Below are positions 34,698 through 43,669 of a DNA stretch of 64,000 bases, piece by piece. The stretch is taken from positions 1 through 64,000 of the IMG/VR virus record IMGVR_UViG_3300036985_002246. The stretch is one strand, 5' to 3'. The notes beneath the pieces are model-generated. The model was not told the DNA's origin. It saw nothing but the letters and a program-made list of their open reading frames with translations, and did not search any database. This DNA is from a virus. The stretch's first letter is position 1. Every line of letters starts with the position of its first letter. The position numbers were made by a program, and so were the translations under genes.

Positions 34698-34738
34698 TCA
34701 CCCCCTAAGCGATTGGGGCCATGGCTTTTACACGTTTG
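34698..34738 (-). promoter_or_regulatory. Conserved phage promoter motif, copy 11
   Basis: AAACGTGTAAAA...CCCCAATCGCTT...GGGGGTGA. Confidence 0.8.
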
Positions 34739-34741
34739 AGC

Positions 34742-34936
34742 CTACACGAACCCCTTCTCTCGCTCGACGAGGTGGAGGGCGGCTGCAATGTCCTCTCGGG
34801 CGTAGCTCTGGTCGAGAATGTACATGAGGGAGATCGTGTTGAGGTCTTCGAGCACAGCCGCAGTCCGCATGAAGCGGAGCATTCGCTCGTACCCCTCAGC
34901 GTCCTTGGGCTGGTAGCTGTCCGACTCGACGGTCAC
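34742..34936 (-). CDS. Small hypothetical protein
   Basis: GTGA overlap. Confidence 0.55.
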   Translation of the reverse strand: MTVESDSYQPKDAEGYERMLRFMRTAAVLEDLNTISLMYILDQSYAREDIAAALHLVEREKGFV

Positions 34937-35328
34937 AGGGCCTCGCTCGCGGGCACGACCTTGAGGTGCGACCAGGACTCGCGGGAGAGCGCCTCTGCTG
35001 CCTTGAGGCCGTTGCCTCGAACAGGGAGGGCGTGGATCTCCCCGCTGTAGTGCTTCGCGGTCAGCTTGGCGATCGTGCTGATCGTCTCAATGAAGACCGT
35101 CGGCGGTGCTTCCCCCGCGTCGGAGGACTCGATCATGGTCCAGGACTTCCGGTCCGCCGAGTCGTGAGCCTTCTCGTCCTCGTGGTAGCGGAACCTGTAC
35201 TTGCAGATCCAGTTTCCGCCCTTGGGCTTGTAGAGGGCGGCGAGCCAATCCACACCCTTCGCGCCGACGAACCAGATCTGCCAGAACGTGGTGGACTCGT
35301 CGAACACGATCATGGTGTCTTCTCCCAA
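34933..35328 (-). CDS. Hypothetical protein
   Basis: Coding-like; start could be 35313. Confidence 0.65.
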   Translation of the reverse strand: MGEDTMIVFDESTTFWQIWFVGAKGVDWLAALYKPKGGNWICKYRFRYHEDEKAHDSADRKSWTMIESSDAGEAPPTVFIETISTIAKLTAKHYSGEIHALPVRGNGLKAAEALSRESWSHLKVVPASEAL

Positions 35329-35675
35329 ATCCAGACGCAGCCCTCAGGCTCCACGACCTTGCGGAACCCGTTCTGCTCGTAGAAGTGTTGCTGCTTCACC
35401 GGGTCGGCTCCGTAGCCCCCAGGCACAACCTTCACGCGGGTGGCCCCCATTTCCACGGCCTTCCCGAGAGCGAGCCGGAGAAGCTCCGAGCCGACGCCCT
35501 TGCCGCGAACCCCCTTCGTGCCCTGCACGAGCGCACGGGACACCCACCAGTCGGTCGGACCTCCGACCATGTCGATACTGACTGTGCCCCGGTCAGAGCG
35601 AGCCTCCCCGTGCCACGAGGCAGAGCAGGACTGCCCGCTTCCGACCACGAGAACATTGCCAGGGGGGAGGGTCAC
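35310..35675 (-). CDS. GNAT-family acetyltransferase
   Basis: VRGKGVGSELL (acetyl-CoA motif A); FYEQNGF. Confidence 0.8.
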   Translation of the reverse strand: MTLPPGNVLVVGSGQSCSASWHGEARSDRGTVSIDMVGGPTDWWVSRALVQGTKGVRGKGVGSELLRLALGKAVEMGATRVKVVPGGYGADPVKQQHFYEQNGFRKVVEPEGCVWIWEKTP

Positions 35676-35866
35676 TTGAGCTTCTCCAATCGCTTGACGA
35701 CACGCCTCAGCACTTGATCCAGGGCGATATGCTCTTCGACGTTGTCGTCCTTGGGGTCGATCCCTTCGGCAATGATTCCGAAGTGGCCAGGGTCGAGGTC
35801 TCCCCAATCGTCCCGGTCGAACTCCTCAAAGAGGATCTTGGCGAGCGTCTTGGAAGTGAGAGTCAT
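35672..35866 (-). CDS. Small acidic hypothetical protein
   Basis: 4-bp overlaps at both ends. Confidence 0.55.
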   Translation of the reverse strand: MTLTSKTLAKILFEEFDRDDWGDLDPGHFGIIAEGIDPKDDNVEEHIALDQVLRRVVKRLEKLK

Positions 35867-36390
35867 GGCGTCTGGCCCCAGGGCCAATCACGCGGCCCGA
35901 GCGGGTCGTGCGTCCCGTCGTCGTTGAACTTCGGCACGACGTGGTAGTACATTTTCCCGTTGCTCTGATCGAGCAACTTGCGGGCGCTCTTGTTGTTCTT
36001 GACGCGGCATTCCTCGTAGAGCCGGTCGAAGTTCGCACCGAGTGACTTTCGAGCAGAGGCGAGCGCCTTCCGGTACTGGAGCTTCGCTCGGTCCACGTCG
36101 TTCGTCGTGCCTGGGTAGAGGCGCGCACCGTCCTCGATCCTGAGGACGTGCTCTGCGGCCTTGTAAACCGTGAACGCGACCAGCGACTCCGCGAAGCCCG
36201 GAGGTCCCATAGCCGCAGCCATTCCCGGATTCGAGAACAGCCCAGCGATCATGTCGCGGGCACGGTCCTCCTGCGCGTAGGCGCAGTCTTGGATCGTCTT
36301 TGCCACGAGGTCCATGCTGGCGTTGACGACCACCGGGGCCGGGGTCTGCTTCGCTCGGGGCTTACGGGTGGTTTTGGTCTTGGGTGTCAT
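35863..36390 (-). CDS. Hypothetical protein
   Basis: ATGA overlaps. Confidence 0.65.
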   Translation of the reverse strand: MTPKTKTTRKPRAKQTPAPVVVNASMDLVAKTIQDCAYAQEDRARDMIAGLFSNPGMAAAMGPPGFAESLVAFTVYKAAEHVLRIEDGARLYPGTTNDVDRAKLQYRKALASARKSLGANFDRLYEECRVKNNKSARKLLDQSNGKMYYHVVPKFNDDGTHDPLGPRDWPWGQTP

Positions 36391-36587
36391 GCGCTCTCCA
36401 GTGTCTTTCGTGACTCTTCGGCAAGTCTCTCAGCTTCGTAGTAGGCGTCCCGGCAAGGATCCCCACTACAGAACACGAGCCCACTCGTCGTGTAGAACGT
36501 CCTGCTGAGGGCCTTCCCGCATTGGGGGCAGTGGCTACAGGGCTTTTTCTCGTTGGCGTCAGACGCTGACTTCGCCTTGGTGGTCAC
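36387..36587 (-). CDS. Small Zn-binding protein
   Basis: CPQCG...FCSGDPC. Confidence 0.6.
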   Translation of the reverse strand: MTTKAKSASDANEKKPCSHCPQCGKALSRTFYTTSGLVFCSGDPCRDAYYEAERLAEESRKTLESA

Positions 36588-36790
36588 CGGAGTCGTCCTC
36601 GCATGAGGTCCTGCTGTCCCTGCCGCTTCGCAGCAGTGATTGCCGAGTCGAGGTAGAGCACGAGTTGCTGAAGCTCTCGGGCGAGGACTGGGGAGATCTC
36701 CCCGCTCTGGGCGAGCCGCTCAAGCTCAGGGAGCCTCCGGTTCACGGAGCGTCCGATCTGGGCGACTGCTCTGATTGCGTCTTGGCTCAT
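36584..36790 (-). CDS. Hypothetical protein
   Basis: First gene after promoter copy 12. Confidence 0.6.
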   Translation of the reverse strand: MSQDAIRAVAQIGRSVNRRLPELERLAQSGEISPVLARELQQLVLYLDSAITAAKRQGQQDLMRGRLR

Positions 36791-36797
36791 TCGGTGT

Positions 36798-36842
36798 CCC
36801 TCTCACTCTGGAAGCGGTCGGGGAGCCGCCCTTTACACGATT
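36798..36842 (-). promoter_or_regulatory. Conserved phage promoter motif, copy 12
   Basis: AATCGTGTAAAG...CCCCGACCGCTT...GAGTGAGAGGG. Confidence 0.75.
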
Positions 36843-36848
36843 CGTCGG

Positions 36849-37352
36849 CTACTCTTTCGAGATTCCCGAGTCGGAGCCAGAGTGCATTTCCAGAATGTCT
36901 GCACCAGCGAACTGGAGCGACACGCGGGGTGTCCCCTCGACCTCCCGCACGGCAGTGAGGACCGCCGACTGCTCCTTCGTGGAGAGCTTGTGAATGCGGG
37001 CAGAGGCCGTGGGTCGGCACTTGTAGGTGACCACTTCCTCGAACATGGAAGAGAACACCGCAGGTCCAAGCTCCCGCTTCAAGGCAGCCATGTTGGTGCC
37101 CTTGAGGATCTGGAGGGAGGCTTCGGGGACAGTCACCAATGCGCGGGTCATGCCCGTGCCCTCAATCGTGGTGGCCCCAGCCTCCCCGTTGAGCTTGCGC
37201 TTGGCCTCAGCCCTGAGGTCCGCCTTGAGGAACTCAAGGGCCGCGTTGGCGTGATTGATCTGGTCCCAGAGACGGGCTCCCGCAGCGACCCGAACCTCCA
37301 GGGGAAGGTTCGGGTCCTTGGCGGTGATCAGGTCGCGAACGGCCCGATCCAT
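36849..37352 (-). CDS. Hypothetical protein
   Basis: Coding-like frame from MDRAVRDL. Confidence 0.65.
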   Translation of the reverse strand: MDRAVRDLITAKDPNLPLEVRVAAGARLWDQINHANAALEFLKADLRAEAKRKLNGEAGATTIEGTGMTRALVTVPEASLQILKGTNMAALKRELGPAVFSSMFEEVVTYKCRPTASARIHKLSTKEQSAVLTAVREVEGTPRVSLQFAGADILEMHSGSDSGISKE

Positions 37353-37356
37353 GGGG

Positions 37357-38442
37357 TCACGCGCTCGCCCTGTAGGAGGCGGCACTCACGACGCCCTCAC
37401 CGGGGACATAGAAGCACTCGTCGCCCGCCTTGATTGCGTTCCCGGACCGGACGCAGATCCCGTCGAAGCCAGCCTTCATGGGCTTGCCCGTGGTCGGGGT
37501 CGCGTTCACGCGGGTGTTGTTTGGGGTCGGACCCATTGCCGTCGCCGTCGCCGTGTGCATTTGCGCCGTCCGCTTCGAGACCTCAGCCTCACGGAGCTTG
37601 AGGGCGAGGGACGAGAGCGCACCGGCCTGAGCCGAGCGGCAGTACCCGGAGAGCGCGCACGAGTCACACGCCTGGGACTTCGGAGCCCACGTCCCGTAGC
37701 AGGGCGTGTTGAAGGCGACGAGCCCACGGAGGTACGGGTCCTTGACCCACTCGGGGGTCTCCGCCGTGTCCGAGACCTCGACCACCTTGAGGCGCGGCTT
37801 GCCGTTCGTCTTCGGACCACTCCCCTCCACGAGGCGCTCTGCGATCTGCTCGGGAGTCTCGGGGACCGCGACCGGGGCTGCCACCACCTCGGGGACAGGC
37901 TCGGGGACAGGCTCTGGAGTCACGACCGCCGCAGGGGGCGGCTCGGGGGTCACCGGAGCAGCGACGGGGGTCGGCTCGACCGCAGGCGGCTCGACCGCCG
38001 CAGGGGGCGGCTCGACGGGGGCCACAGCCTTCGGTGCCTTGGCGGGCTTGGGCTCCTTCGGTGCCTTGGCGGGCTTGGGCTCCTTGGCAGGCTTCGGCTC
38101 CTTCGGCTCCTTGGCTTCCGGGGCGGGCATTTTCGGCATGGCACTTCGCCCCTCTGCCACCTCGACGCCGACCGCCGTGAGCTTCCACGTCCGACCCTCG
38201 GAGGTCAGGCAGCCGCGTCCACGGAGGCTGAACCCGGCGTTGCTGAACGTGACGAACACGAGAGGCCGTCCGTCGGGCTTCGCTCCCATGCAGTCGGTCG
38301 TGAGACCCATTGCCGTGAGCACCAGGGTCGTGATCTGCGAGTAGGGGTGCGCCTGGGTCGCGCCCATGCTCAGCATGGTCTTGAGGATCGGAAGGAGCAG
38401 GTCACCCTGTGAGAGCTTGGTCGGTGTCGTCGGGGTCGTCAT
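37357..38442 (-). CDS. Protein with an Mrr-N-like winged helix, a Pro/Ala/Lys repeat linker and a Cys-rich C-domain
   Basis: LLLPILKTML...GRTWKLTAVG; 24-bp and shorter coding repeats at about 37900-38110; CY...CDSC...C. Confidence 0.7.
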   Translation of the reverse strand: MTTPTTPTKLSQGDLLLPILKTMLSMGATQAHPYSQITTLVLTAMGLTTDCMGAKPDGRPLVFVTFSNAGFSLRGRGCLTSEGRTWKLTAVGVEVAEGRSAMPKMPAPEAKEPKEPKPAKEPKPAKAPKEPKPAKAPKAVAPVEPPPAAVEPPAVEPTPVAAPVTPEPPPAAVVTPEPVPEPVPEVVAAPVAVPETPEQIAERLVEGSGPKTNGKPRLKVVEVSDTAETPEWVKDPYLRGLVAFNTPCYGTWAPKSQACDSCALSGYCRSAQAGALSSLALKLREAEVSKRTAQMHTATATAMGPTPNNTRVNATPTTGKPMKAGFDGICVRSGNAIKAGDECFYVPGEGVVSAASYRASA

Positions 38443-38450
38443 GTCTATCG

Positions 38451-38493
38451 TCTCCAAATCTGAAGCGGTCGGGGGTTGTGTGAATTCACGATT
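38451..38493 (-). promoter_or_regulatory. Conserved phage promoter motif, copy 13
   Basis: AATCGTGAAT...CCCCGACCGCTT. Confidence 0.7.
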
Positions 38494-38505
38494 CGTGTTC
38501 GCGAC

Positions 38506-39735
38506 TCACCAGTCAATGAGCGCGGAGTCAGTGTCGATATGGGAGGTGCTGCCCTCGTTGACCATGCCGCCCTTGATATGCGGGTCCATGATCCGCTTGA
38601 CGCCCTCGCGGGTGTCTGCGTCGGGGAGTCCGTCGAGGACGACGCGGGCCGCACGCTTGAGGAGCACCGCGAGGGCGATCTTGCCGGGCAGGATCTCCAG
38701 GAGATCCTCTGCCGCACCCGCCCAAGAGCAGACCGTGCGGTGCGACCACTCGCAGTAGACCTCTTCCTTCTCGGTGGCCTCGCGGACGGCGTGCGTTGCC
38801 CGCATCATTGACGAGATCGCGTCCGGCATACGCCCCGCGAGCAGCGGGAACTTCGCACGAACGACCGGCTCTTCGTCCTTCGGGTCCATTGCGTGGAACC
38901 GCACCTTCCGCTCGAAGCGGTCGAGGATCGAAGCGTCGATCGGGTTGGCCGAGATACACCGGCCCGTGGTGTCGCCCGCACCGGACGAGTTCGCCGTAGC
39001 GACGATCGTGGTGCCGGGGAGCACCGAGTAGATCTCACCCGTGGGGCCAGAGATACGACCCTGGATCGAGTCGAGGATCTGACGGAGTTCCTCGGCCTGC
39101 TGCCGGGTCGCCCGGTCGAAGTCCGACAGGACGATCAGGTACGGCACTCGCCGCCCGTCCGACGTGAGGTAGCCGTCACGGAGAGCCTTCAGGAGGACGC
39201 CTTCCTCCCACTTCGTCCCCTGGGCGTCGAACGACCGGGTGAACTTCCAAGAGGTAATGTCCGCGCCCTGGACGACCGTGAACAGCAGGCTCGGGCGGCG
39301 GGTCATGGCACAGAGGGCCGAGAGGACCGCGTCCTTGCCGGTGCCGGGTGCTCCCCACACCCAGACCGAGCGGCACCGCTTGACGGCCACCACCACGTCC
39401 TGAACGTCGCGGGAGAGCTTGCCGCTGGCAGGCACCGCGTAGTGGGTCGGCATGGGCAGGCACGCCGACGCCGGGACCGACGGGTCCACGGGGAACGAGA
39501 CGCCTGCGAAGTTGATCGCGACCCCGCTCGCCTCAGCCGCCTTGCGGCGACGCTTGGCCGTGCCCTCGTAGGCCGCGACCAACTCCGACGAGCACGTCTC
39601 CGCACCAGGGTGCTTGGAGAGGTACGCCTCGACCGTCAGGTCGTGCGCCTCAGCCAGGTGGTCGCCGAGCCAGTGGTGGTCGGTGGAGCAGAGGCGGCAC
39701 GTTGCGAGGCCGGTCTTGTGGGCGATCATGAGCAT
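38506..39735 (-). CDS. MoxR-family AAA+ ATPase (CobS/CbbQ-like) with an N-terminal C2H2 finger
   Basis: Walker A GAPGTGKD; Walker B IVLSDFD; IVATAN; ASILDRF; CRLC...HLAEAH. Confidence 0.88.
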   Translation of the reverse strand: MLMIAHKTGLATCRLCSTDHHWLGDHLAEAHDLTVEAYLSKHPGAETCSSELVAAYEGTAKRRRKAAEASGVAINFAGVSFPVDPSVPASACLPMPTHYAVPASGKLSRDVQDVVVAVKRCRSVWVWGAPGTGKDAVLSALCAMTRRPSLLFTVVQGADITSWKFTRSFDAQGTKWEEGVLLKALRDGYLTSDGRRVPYLIVLSDFDRATRQQAEELRQILDSIQGRISGPTGEIYSVLPGTTIVATANSSGAGDTTGRCISANPIDASILDRFERKVRFHAMDPKDEEPVVRAKFPLLAGRMPDAISSMMRATHAVREATEKEEVYCEWSHRTVCSWAGAAEDLLEILPGKIALAVLLKRAARVVLDGLPDADTREGVKRIMDPHIKGGMVNEGSTSHIDTDSALIDW

Positions 39736-39792
39736 CTGCGTCTCCCTTGGGGCACACCCTCTCGGGCTGGCCCTCCGTTCGTCGGGGATTGT

Positions 39793-39837
39793 CCCCTTAC
39801 ACCTCGGAAGCGATCGGGGAGGTTACCTTTTCACGTT
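39793..39837 (-). promoter_or_regulatory. Conserved phage promoter motif, copy 14
   Basis: AACGTGAAAAG...CCCCGATCGCTT...GGTGTAAGGGG. Confidence 0.8.
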
Positions 39838-39927
39838 CCGCTCAATCTTTTTTTCAAGTGCTCGGAATCATTGGGGTATTACAGACACCCCTGCGACGCA
39901 TAGAAAGGACTGCCGAAAGATTCGACG

Positions 39928-39975
39928 AATCGTGAAAAGCGGTCCGGGCCGAACGCTTGAGGGGTGTAAGGGAGA
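39928..39975 (+). promoter_or_regulatory. Conserved phage promoter motif, copy 15
   Basis: AATCGTGAAAAG...GAACGCTT...GGGGTGTAAGGGAGA. Confidence 0.8.
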
Positions 39976-39980
39976 CGAGC

Positions 39981-42626
39981 ATGGCCGACAAGACCACCAC
40001 GCCCATGGGCGATTCGATCTCGGGAGCAAAGGTCCGCAGCGGACACCGTGCTTCGCTCTTCGGCGTCCTGGGGGCGTCGAAAATGATCGACATTCACTCC
40101 GGCGGAGTTCACTTCGCCATGAAGGGCCACTTCCCCTACCGGTCCGTGCTCGGCAAGGTGGCCAAGTTCACGGAGAGCGACACGGGGACTCCGACGCGGT
40201 CGAACTTCACGGCGTGGGCCAATGCGATCTCCGTTGAGGGCTCGTCGATCACGCCTGCGATTCAGATCGCAGAGACGGGCGACCTCCTCACGCGCCGCGC
40301 ATACATGGCGCTGATCGGTGGCGCGAACCACGAGGGCTTCCACCGGCTCTACACGGGCCAGGGCTACGCCTCTGCCGAGGACCTCTCCAAGTGTGTGCTC
40401 GACGGCTTCAAGCCTGGGGTGCCCTACCACAAGTACGCCGCGCTGCTGGCTTCGGCGCAAAACTACTTCGAGGACGTGCGGATCGAGCGGATCGGCTGCG
40501 CGGAGTTCCCAGGCGTGTACACGAAAATGGCGGACCTCGCCGACTTCGTGCTCGACCAGGAAGCCCCGGTCCGCACGCAGGACCTCGCCAAGGGTGCCCG
40601 CCCGTCTCCCGCCCGTATCGCTCTCAGCGTGATCCGCGAGGTGGGGCTCGGGTACAACACGATCAAGGCTCGGGAAGCGGTGGCCCACTACCGTCGGGTC
40701 GCACCCGCGATCGTGGACCTCGTCCTCAAGGGTGCGCTCTCCCCCCTCCTTCGGGAGATCATTCCGAGCGTGAAGACGCCCCGAGACATTGACCGCGCCA
40801 AGTCTCAGGTGGGCCTCTCCACGACCCTCGCGCTTCGCTTCATTGCGGCGCTCCATGAGCTTTCGCTCATGCCCCCGCCTCCCCCGCCCGCCCCGCCTCC
40901 GCCCCCCGGCCAAAAGGGGAAGAGCCAGCCCCAGCCCTCGCAGGGCGAGCCCGGTGAGTCTGAGCCGTCCGAGGGTCAGTCGTCAGGCAAGTCGGAAGAC
41001 AAGTCGGAGTCGAAGGACAAGCCGAAGTCCTCGAAGGGCAAGCCTGAGTCGGACGAGGATCCCCAGGACACGTCCGAGAGCAAGCCCTCGAAGGGCAAGG
41101 CGTCCAAGGACGAATCCGACGAGTCCGAGGACGAATCCGACGAGTCCGAGGACGACTCTGACGAGTCCGACGAGAGCAGCGACTCCGAGGGTGCAGACGA
41201 GGGGGGGGACGACCCCAACAAGGATTCGGGCAGCAAGTCTGAGGACGAGTCCGACTCCAAGGACGAGGGTGGGTCCAAGGGTGAGTCCGACGAGGACGAC
41301 TCCGACGAGGACGACTCCGAGGGTGAGAGCGACTCGGACGAGGACTCGGACGACAGGGACTCTGAGGACGACTCCGACGAAGATTCCGACGGCTCTGAGG
41401 GTGGGGACTCCGACGAAGACTCCGAGGACGAGTCCGACGAGGACGGCTCTGAGGGTGACAGCGGTGACTCGGGCTCCGACAGCGAGACCTCAGGGGGCGA
41501 AGCCTCTGACTCGAACGCTGAGGTCGAGGGCGGCGGCGGTGCTGGTGGCAAGGCTCCGGAAGATCCGGGCGCGACGGCTGCCGACATTCTCAACTCTGAT
41601 ACGAAGGGAATGCAGGACTACGCCTCTGCCCTGGAGGCGGCTGTCAAGGAGGCTCTCAAGGGTGAGGACAAGTCCATGGGGCATGGTGAGCAGCCCTACC
41701 GCCCCTACACGACGGAAGGTGATCGGGTCGAGGTAGTCTCAGGGGACGTTGGGTCTGGACGGGCCATGATCAGTCGGCTCGTCAAGGAGACCAAGCGTGA
41801 GACTTCGTTCCTCCGGTCCAAGCTCCGCACCATGTTCAAGGCGCTCGAAGACGGCTCGCGTCTCCACGGTGTCCGGAAGGGTAGCAACCTCTCTGAGCGG
41901 TTCCTCGTGGACACGCTCACCTCGATCCGAGCAGGACAGGAACCCTCGCGGGCCTTCCACGAGGACACCACGTCCATGGACACCTCGATCTCGGCGTGCG
42001 TCGTGATCGACGAGTCGGGCTCCATGCAGTCGAAGCTCAAGGAGACGAGTGCAATCCTCTACTCGCTGGGTGAGGCTCTGGACTCGATCGACGCGAAGTT
42101 CTCTATGGTCGGATTCCGGGACGGCTATGATACCAAGATCTACGCCCAGGTCCAGGGCAGCATAACCCGCGACGAGCGGTCGAACGGCAGCTACCACCGC
42201 ATGGGCGAGTCGATCGTGTTCGACGTGTTCAAGACCTTCGAGGACCGGTTCAAGACCGTGTCTTGGCGGCTCGGCAAGGTGCGCGCAACGGGCGGCACGC
42301 CCATGGCGGACGGGGTCGAGTTCGCCCTCGACGCTCTCTCGAAGCGCCGCGAGGGTCACCGGATCATGTTCGTTGTCACGGACGGTCAGCCTGACCCGCG
42401 CCACGCGAGCGTGCTCAAGGGCCAGGTTCGCCGCGCCCAGGAAGCCGGGATCCACGTCATTGGGATCGGCCTTGGATACGGGTCCGAGTACGTCACGACG
42501 ACGTTCCCGGACAGCGTGTACGCTCCCCGGCTCGACAAGATCCCGGCTCTCCTGGTCGCCAAGCTCCACGAGCGGGTCCGGAAGATTGGGGTCTCCAAGC
42601 GGGGTACGAAGGTCAAGGCTTCGTGA
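39981..42626 (+). CDS. VWA-domain protein (CobT-like partner of MoxR) with a long acidic linker
   Basis: MIDAS VIDESGSM, GGTPM, VTDGQP; N-domain HEGFH; about 200 aa Asp/Glu/Ser-rich linker at about 40950-41560. Confidence 0.88.
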   Translation: MADKTTTPMGDSISGAKVRSGHRASLFGVLGASKMIDIHSGGVHFAMKGHFPYRSVLGKVAKFTESDTGTPTRSNFTAWANAISVEGSSITPAIQIAETGDLLTRRAYMALIGGANHEGFHRLYTGQGYASAEDLSKCVLDGFKPGVPYHKYAALLASAQNYFEDVRIERIGCAEFPGVYTKMADLADFVLDQEAPVRTQDLAKGARPSPARIALSVIREVGLGYNTIKAREAVAHYRRVAPAIVDLVLKGALSPLLREIIPSVKTPRDIDRAKSQVGLSTTLALRFIAALHELSLMPPPPPPAPPPPPGQKGKSQPQPSQGEPGESEPSEGQSSGKSEDKSESKDKPKSSKGKPESDEDPQDTSESKPSKGKASKDESDESEDESDESEDDSDESDESSDSEGADEGGDDPNKDSGSKSEDESDSKDEGGSKGESDEDDSDEDDSEGESDSDEDSDDRDSEDDSDEDSDGSEGGDSDEDSEDESDEDGSEGDSGDSGSDSETSGGEASDSNAEVEGGGGAGGKAPEDPGATAADILNSDTKGMQDYASALEAAVKEALKGEDKSMGHGEQPYRPYTTEGDRVEVVSGDVGSGRAMISRLVKETKRETSFLRSKLRTMFKALEDGSRLHGVRKGSNLSERFLVDTLTSIRAGQEPSRAFHEDTTSMDTSISACVVIDESGSMQSKLKETSAILYSLGEALDSIDAKFSMVGFRDGYDTKIYAQVQGSITRDERSNGSYHRMGESIVFDVFKTFEDRFKTVSWRLGKVRATGGTPMADGVEFALDALSKRREGHRIMFVVTDGQPDPRHASVLKGQVRRAQEAGIHVIGIGLGYGSEYVTTTFPDSVYAPRLDKIPALLVAKLHERVRKIGVSKRGTKVKAS

Positions 42627-42689
42627 GCTTGGCAGGCAGGGCCGGAAGACCAATCCGGCCCTGCCTGTTCTCTTCGGGTAGAGTCCAGC

Positions 42690-43181
42690 GTGCGTGTATG
42701 CCCTGACTGCGGTCTGTCCTATCAAGACCCGAAGACCACTTCGGAGAAGAACGCTCCGTTCGTCTGCACCGCCTGTCTGAAGCAGGCGTCTCCGCGTCCC
42801 CCAGGTGGGTGGCCGATCGAGGCTCGCTGGATCAGCCAGGCGAAGGGCCGGGGCGTCTTTGCCACCCGCGAGATTCTTCGGGGTGACCTGATCGAGCGGT
42901 GCTGGGTCATGCCCCTGCCCGCCGACGAGTCCAAGCAGACCCTCACGATCCCCACGGTCAACCGCTACCTCTTCCCGTGGACCGACGGGCAGCGGGCAAT
43001 ACTCTCGGGGGAGGGGCTCCTCTACAACTTCGATTCGGTGGAAGCCACCAAGAAGGCCCCCAACTCGGAGTGTGCCCTTCGTCGAGGGATCTCCGCCGTC
43101 GAGTTCCGCGCCCTGAGGGACATTCGCGAGGGTGAGGAGATCACCTGGAACTACAAGAAGGCCATGGTGCGGCGTCGCTAG
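42690..43181 (+). CDS. SET-domain protein 2 with an N-terminal Zn ribbon
   Basis: KGRGVFATR, LLYNFDS (NHS variant), ALRDIREGEEITWNY; CPDC...CTAC. Confidence 0.82.
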   Translation: MRVCPDCGLSYQDPKTTSEKNAPFVCTACLKQASPRPPGGWPIEARWISQAKGRGVFATREILRGDLIERCWVMPLPADESKQTLTIPTVNRYLFPWTDGQRAILSGEGLLYNFDSVEATKKAPNSECALRRGISAVEFRALRDIREGEEITWNYKKAMVRRR

Positions 43182-43204
43182 GCTCTCTATCCCGAGGACA
43201 GGTC

Positions 43205-43669
43205 GTGGAACCCACCAACGCTGCCAACCAGTCCCTGCTCGTGCAGTTGCTCGCAATCCTTCGTGCGATCCATTGGGCGCACTGGACAGCGCACTGGCAG
43301 GTCAAGGGCACACCGTCCTACGGGGACCACCTGCTCTTCGAGCGGCTCTACTCGGGCCTCGCCGGGGACATTGACAGCCTCGCTGAGAAGATCGTCGCCT
43401 ACTTCGGCGTCGAGGCTGTGTCGGCTGCACCGAACCTGGGGATCGCCCACCAGTTCCTCGTCGCCTACGACGCGGAGGGGGACACAGACGTGTACCTGCG
43501 GGCGCTGAAAATGGAGCTTCACCTCCAGAACGCCCTCAAGCGGGTCTACACGCAGATCGAGGCGTCGGGGGAAATGAGCCTGGGGCTCGACGACTTCCTC
43601 ATGGCGCTGGCCAACTCGCACGAGACGAACGTCTACCTGCTCCGTCAGCGGCTCCGCCCCTCAGTCTGA
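43205..43669 (+). CDS. Dps/ferritin-like protein
   Basis: HWQVKG...DHLLFERLY...DSLAE ferroxidase-type pattern. Confidence 0.8.
   Translation: MEPTNAANQSLLVQLLAILRAIHWAHWTAHWQVKGTPSYGDHLLFERLYSGLAGDIDSLAEKIVAYFGVEAVSAAPNLGIAHQFLVAYDAEGDTDVYLRALKMELHLQNALKRVYTQIEASGEMSLGLDDFLMALANSHETNVYLLRQRLRPSV

Noticed and set aside
40950-41560. Acidic repeat tract as a mobile element or DNA repeat array
   Set aside because: In-frame, degenerate, low-complexity linker of the VWA protein, as in CobT-like proteins.
39981-42626. Ro60/TROVE partner for the Y-like RNA
   Set aside because: It has a VWA domain, but the layout (HExxH N-domain, acidic linker, MoxR neighbour) is CobT-like, not TROVE.
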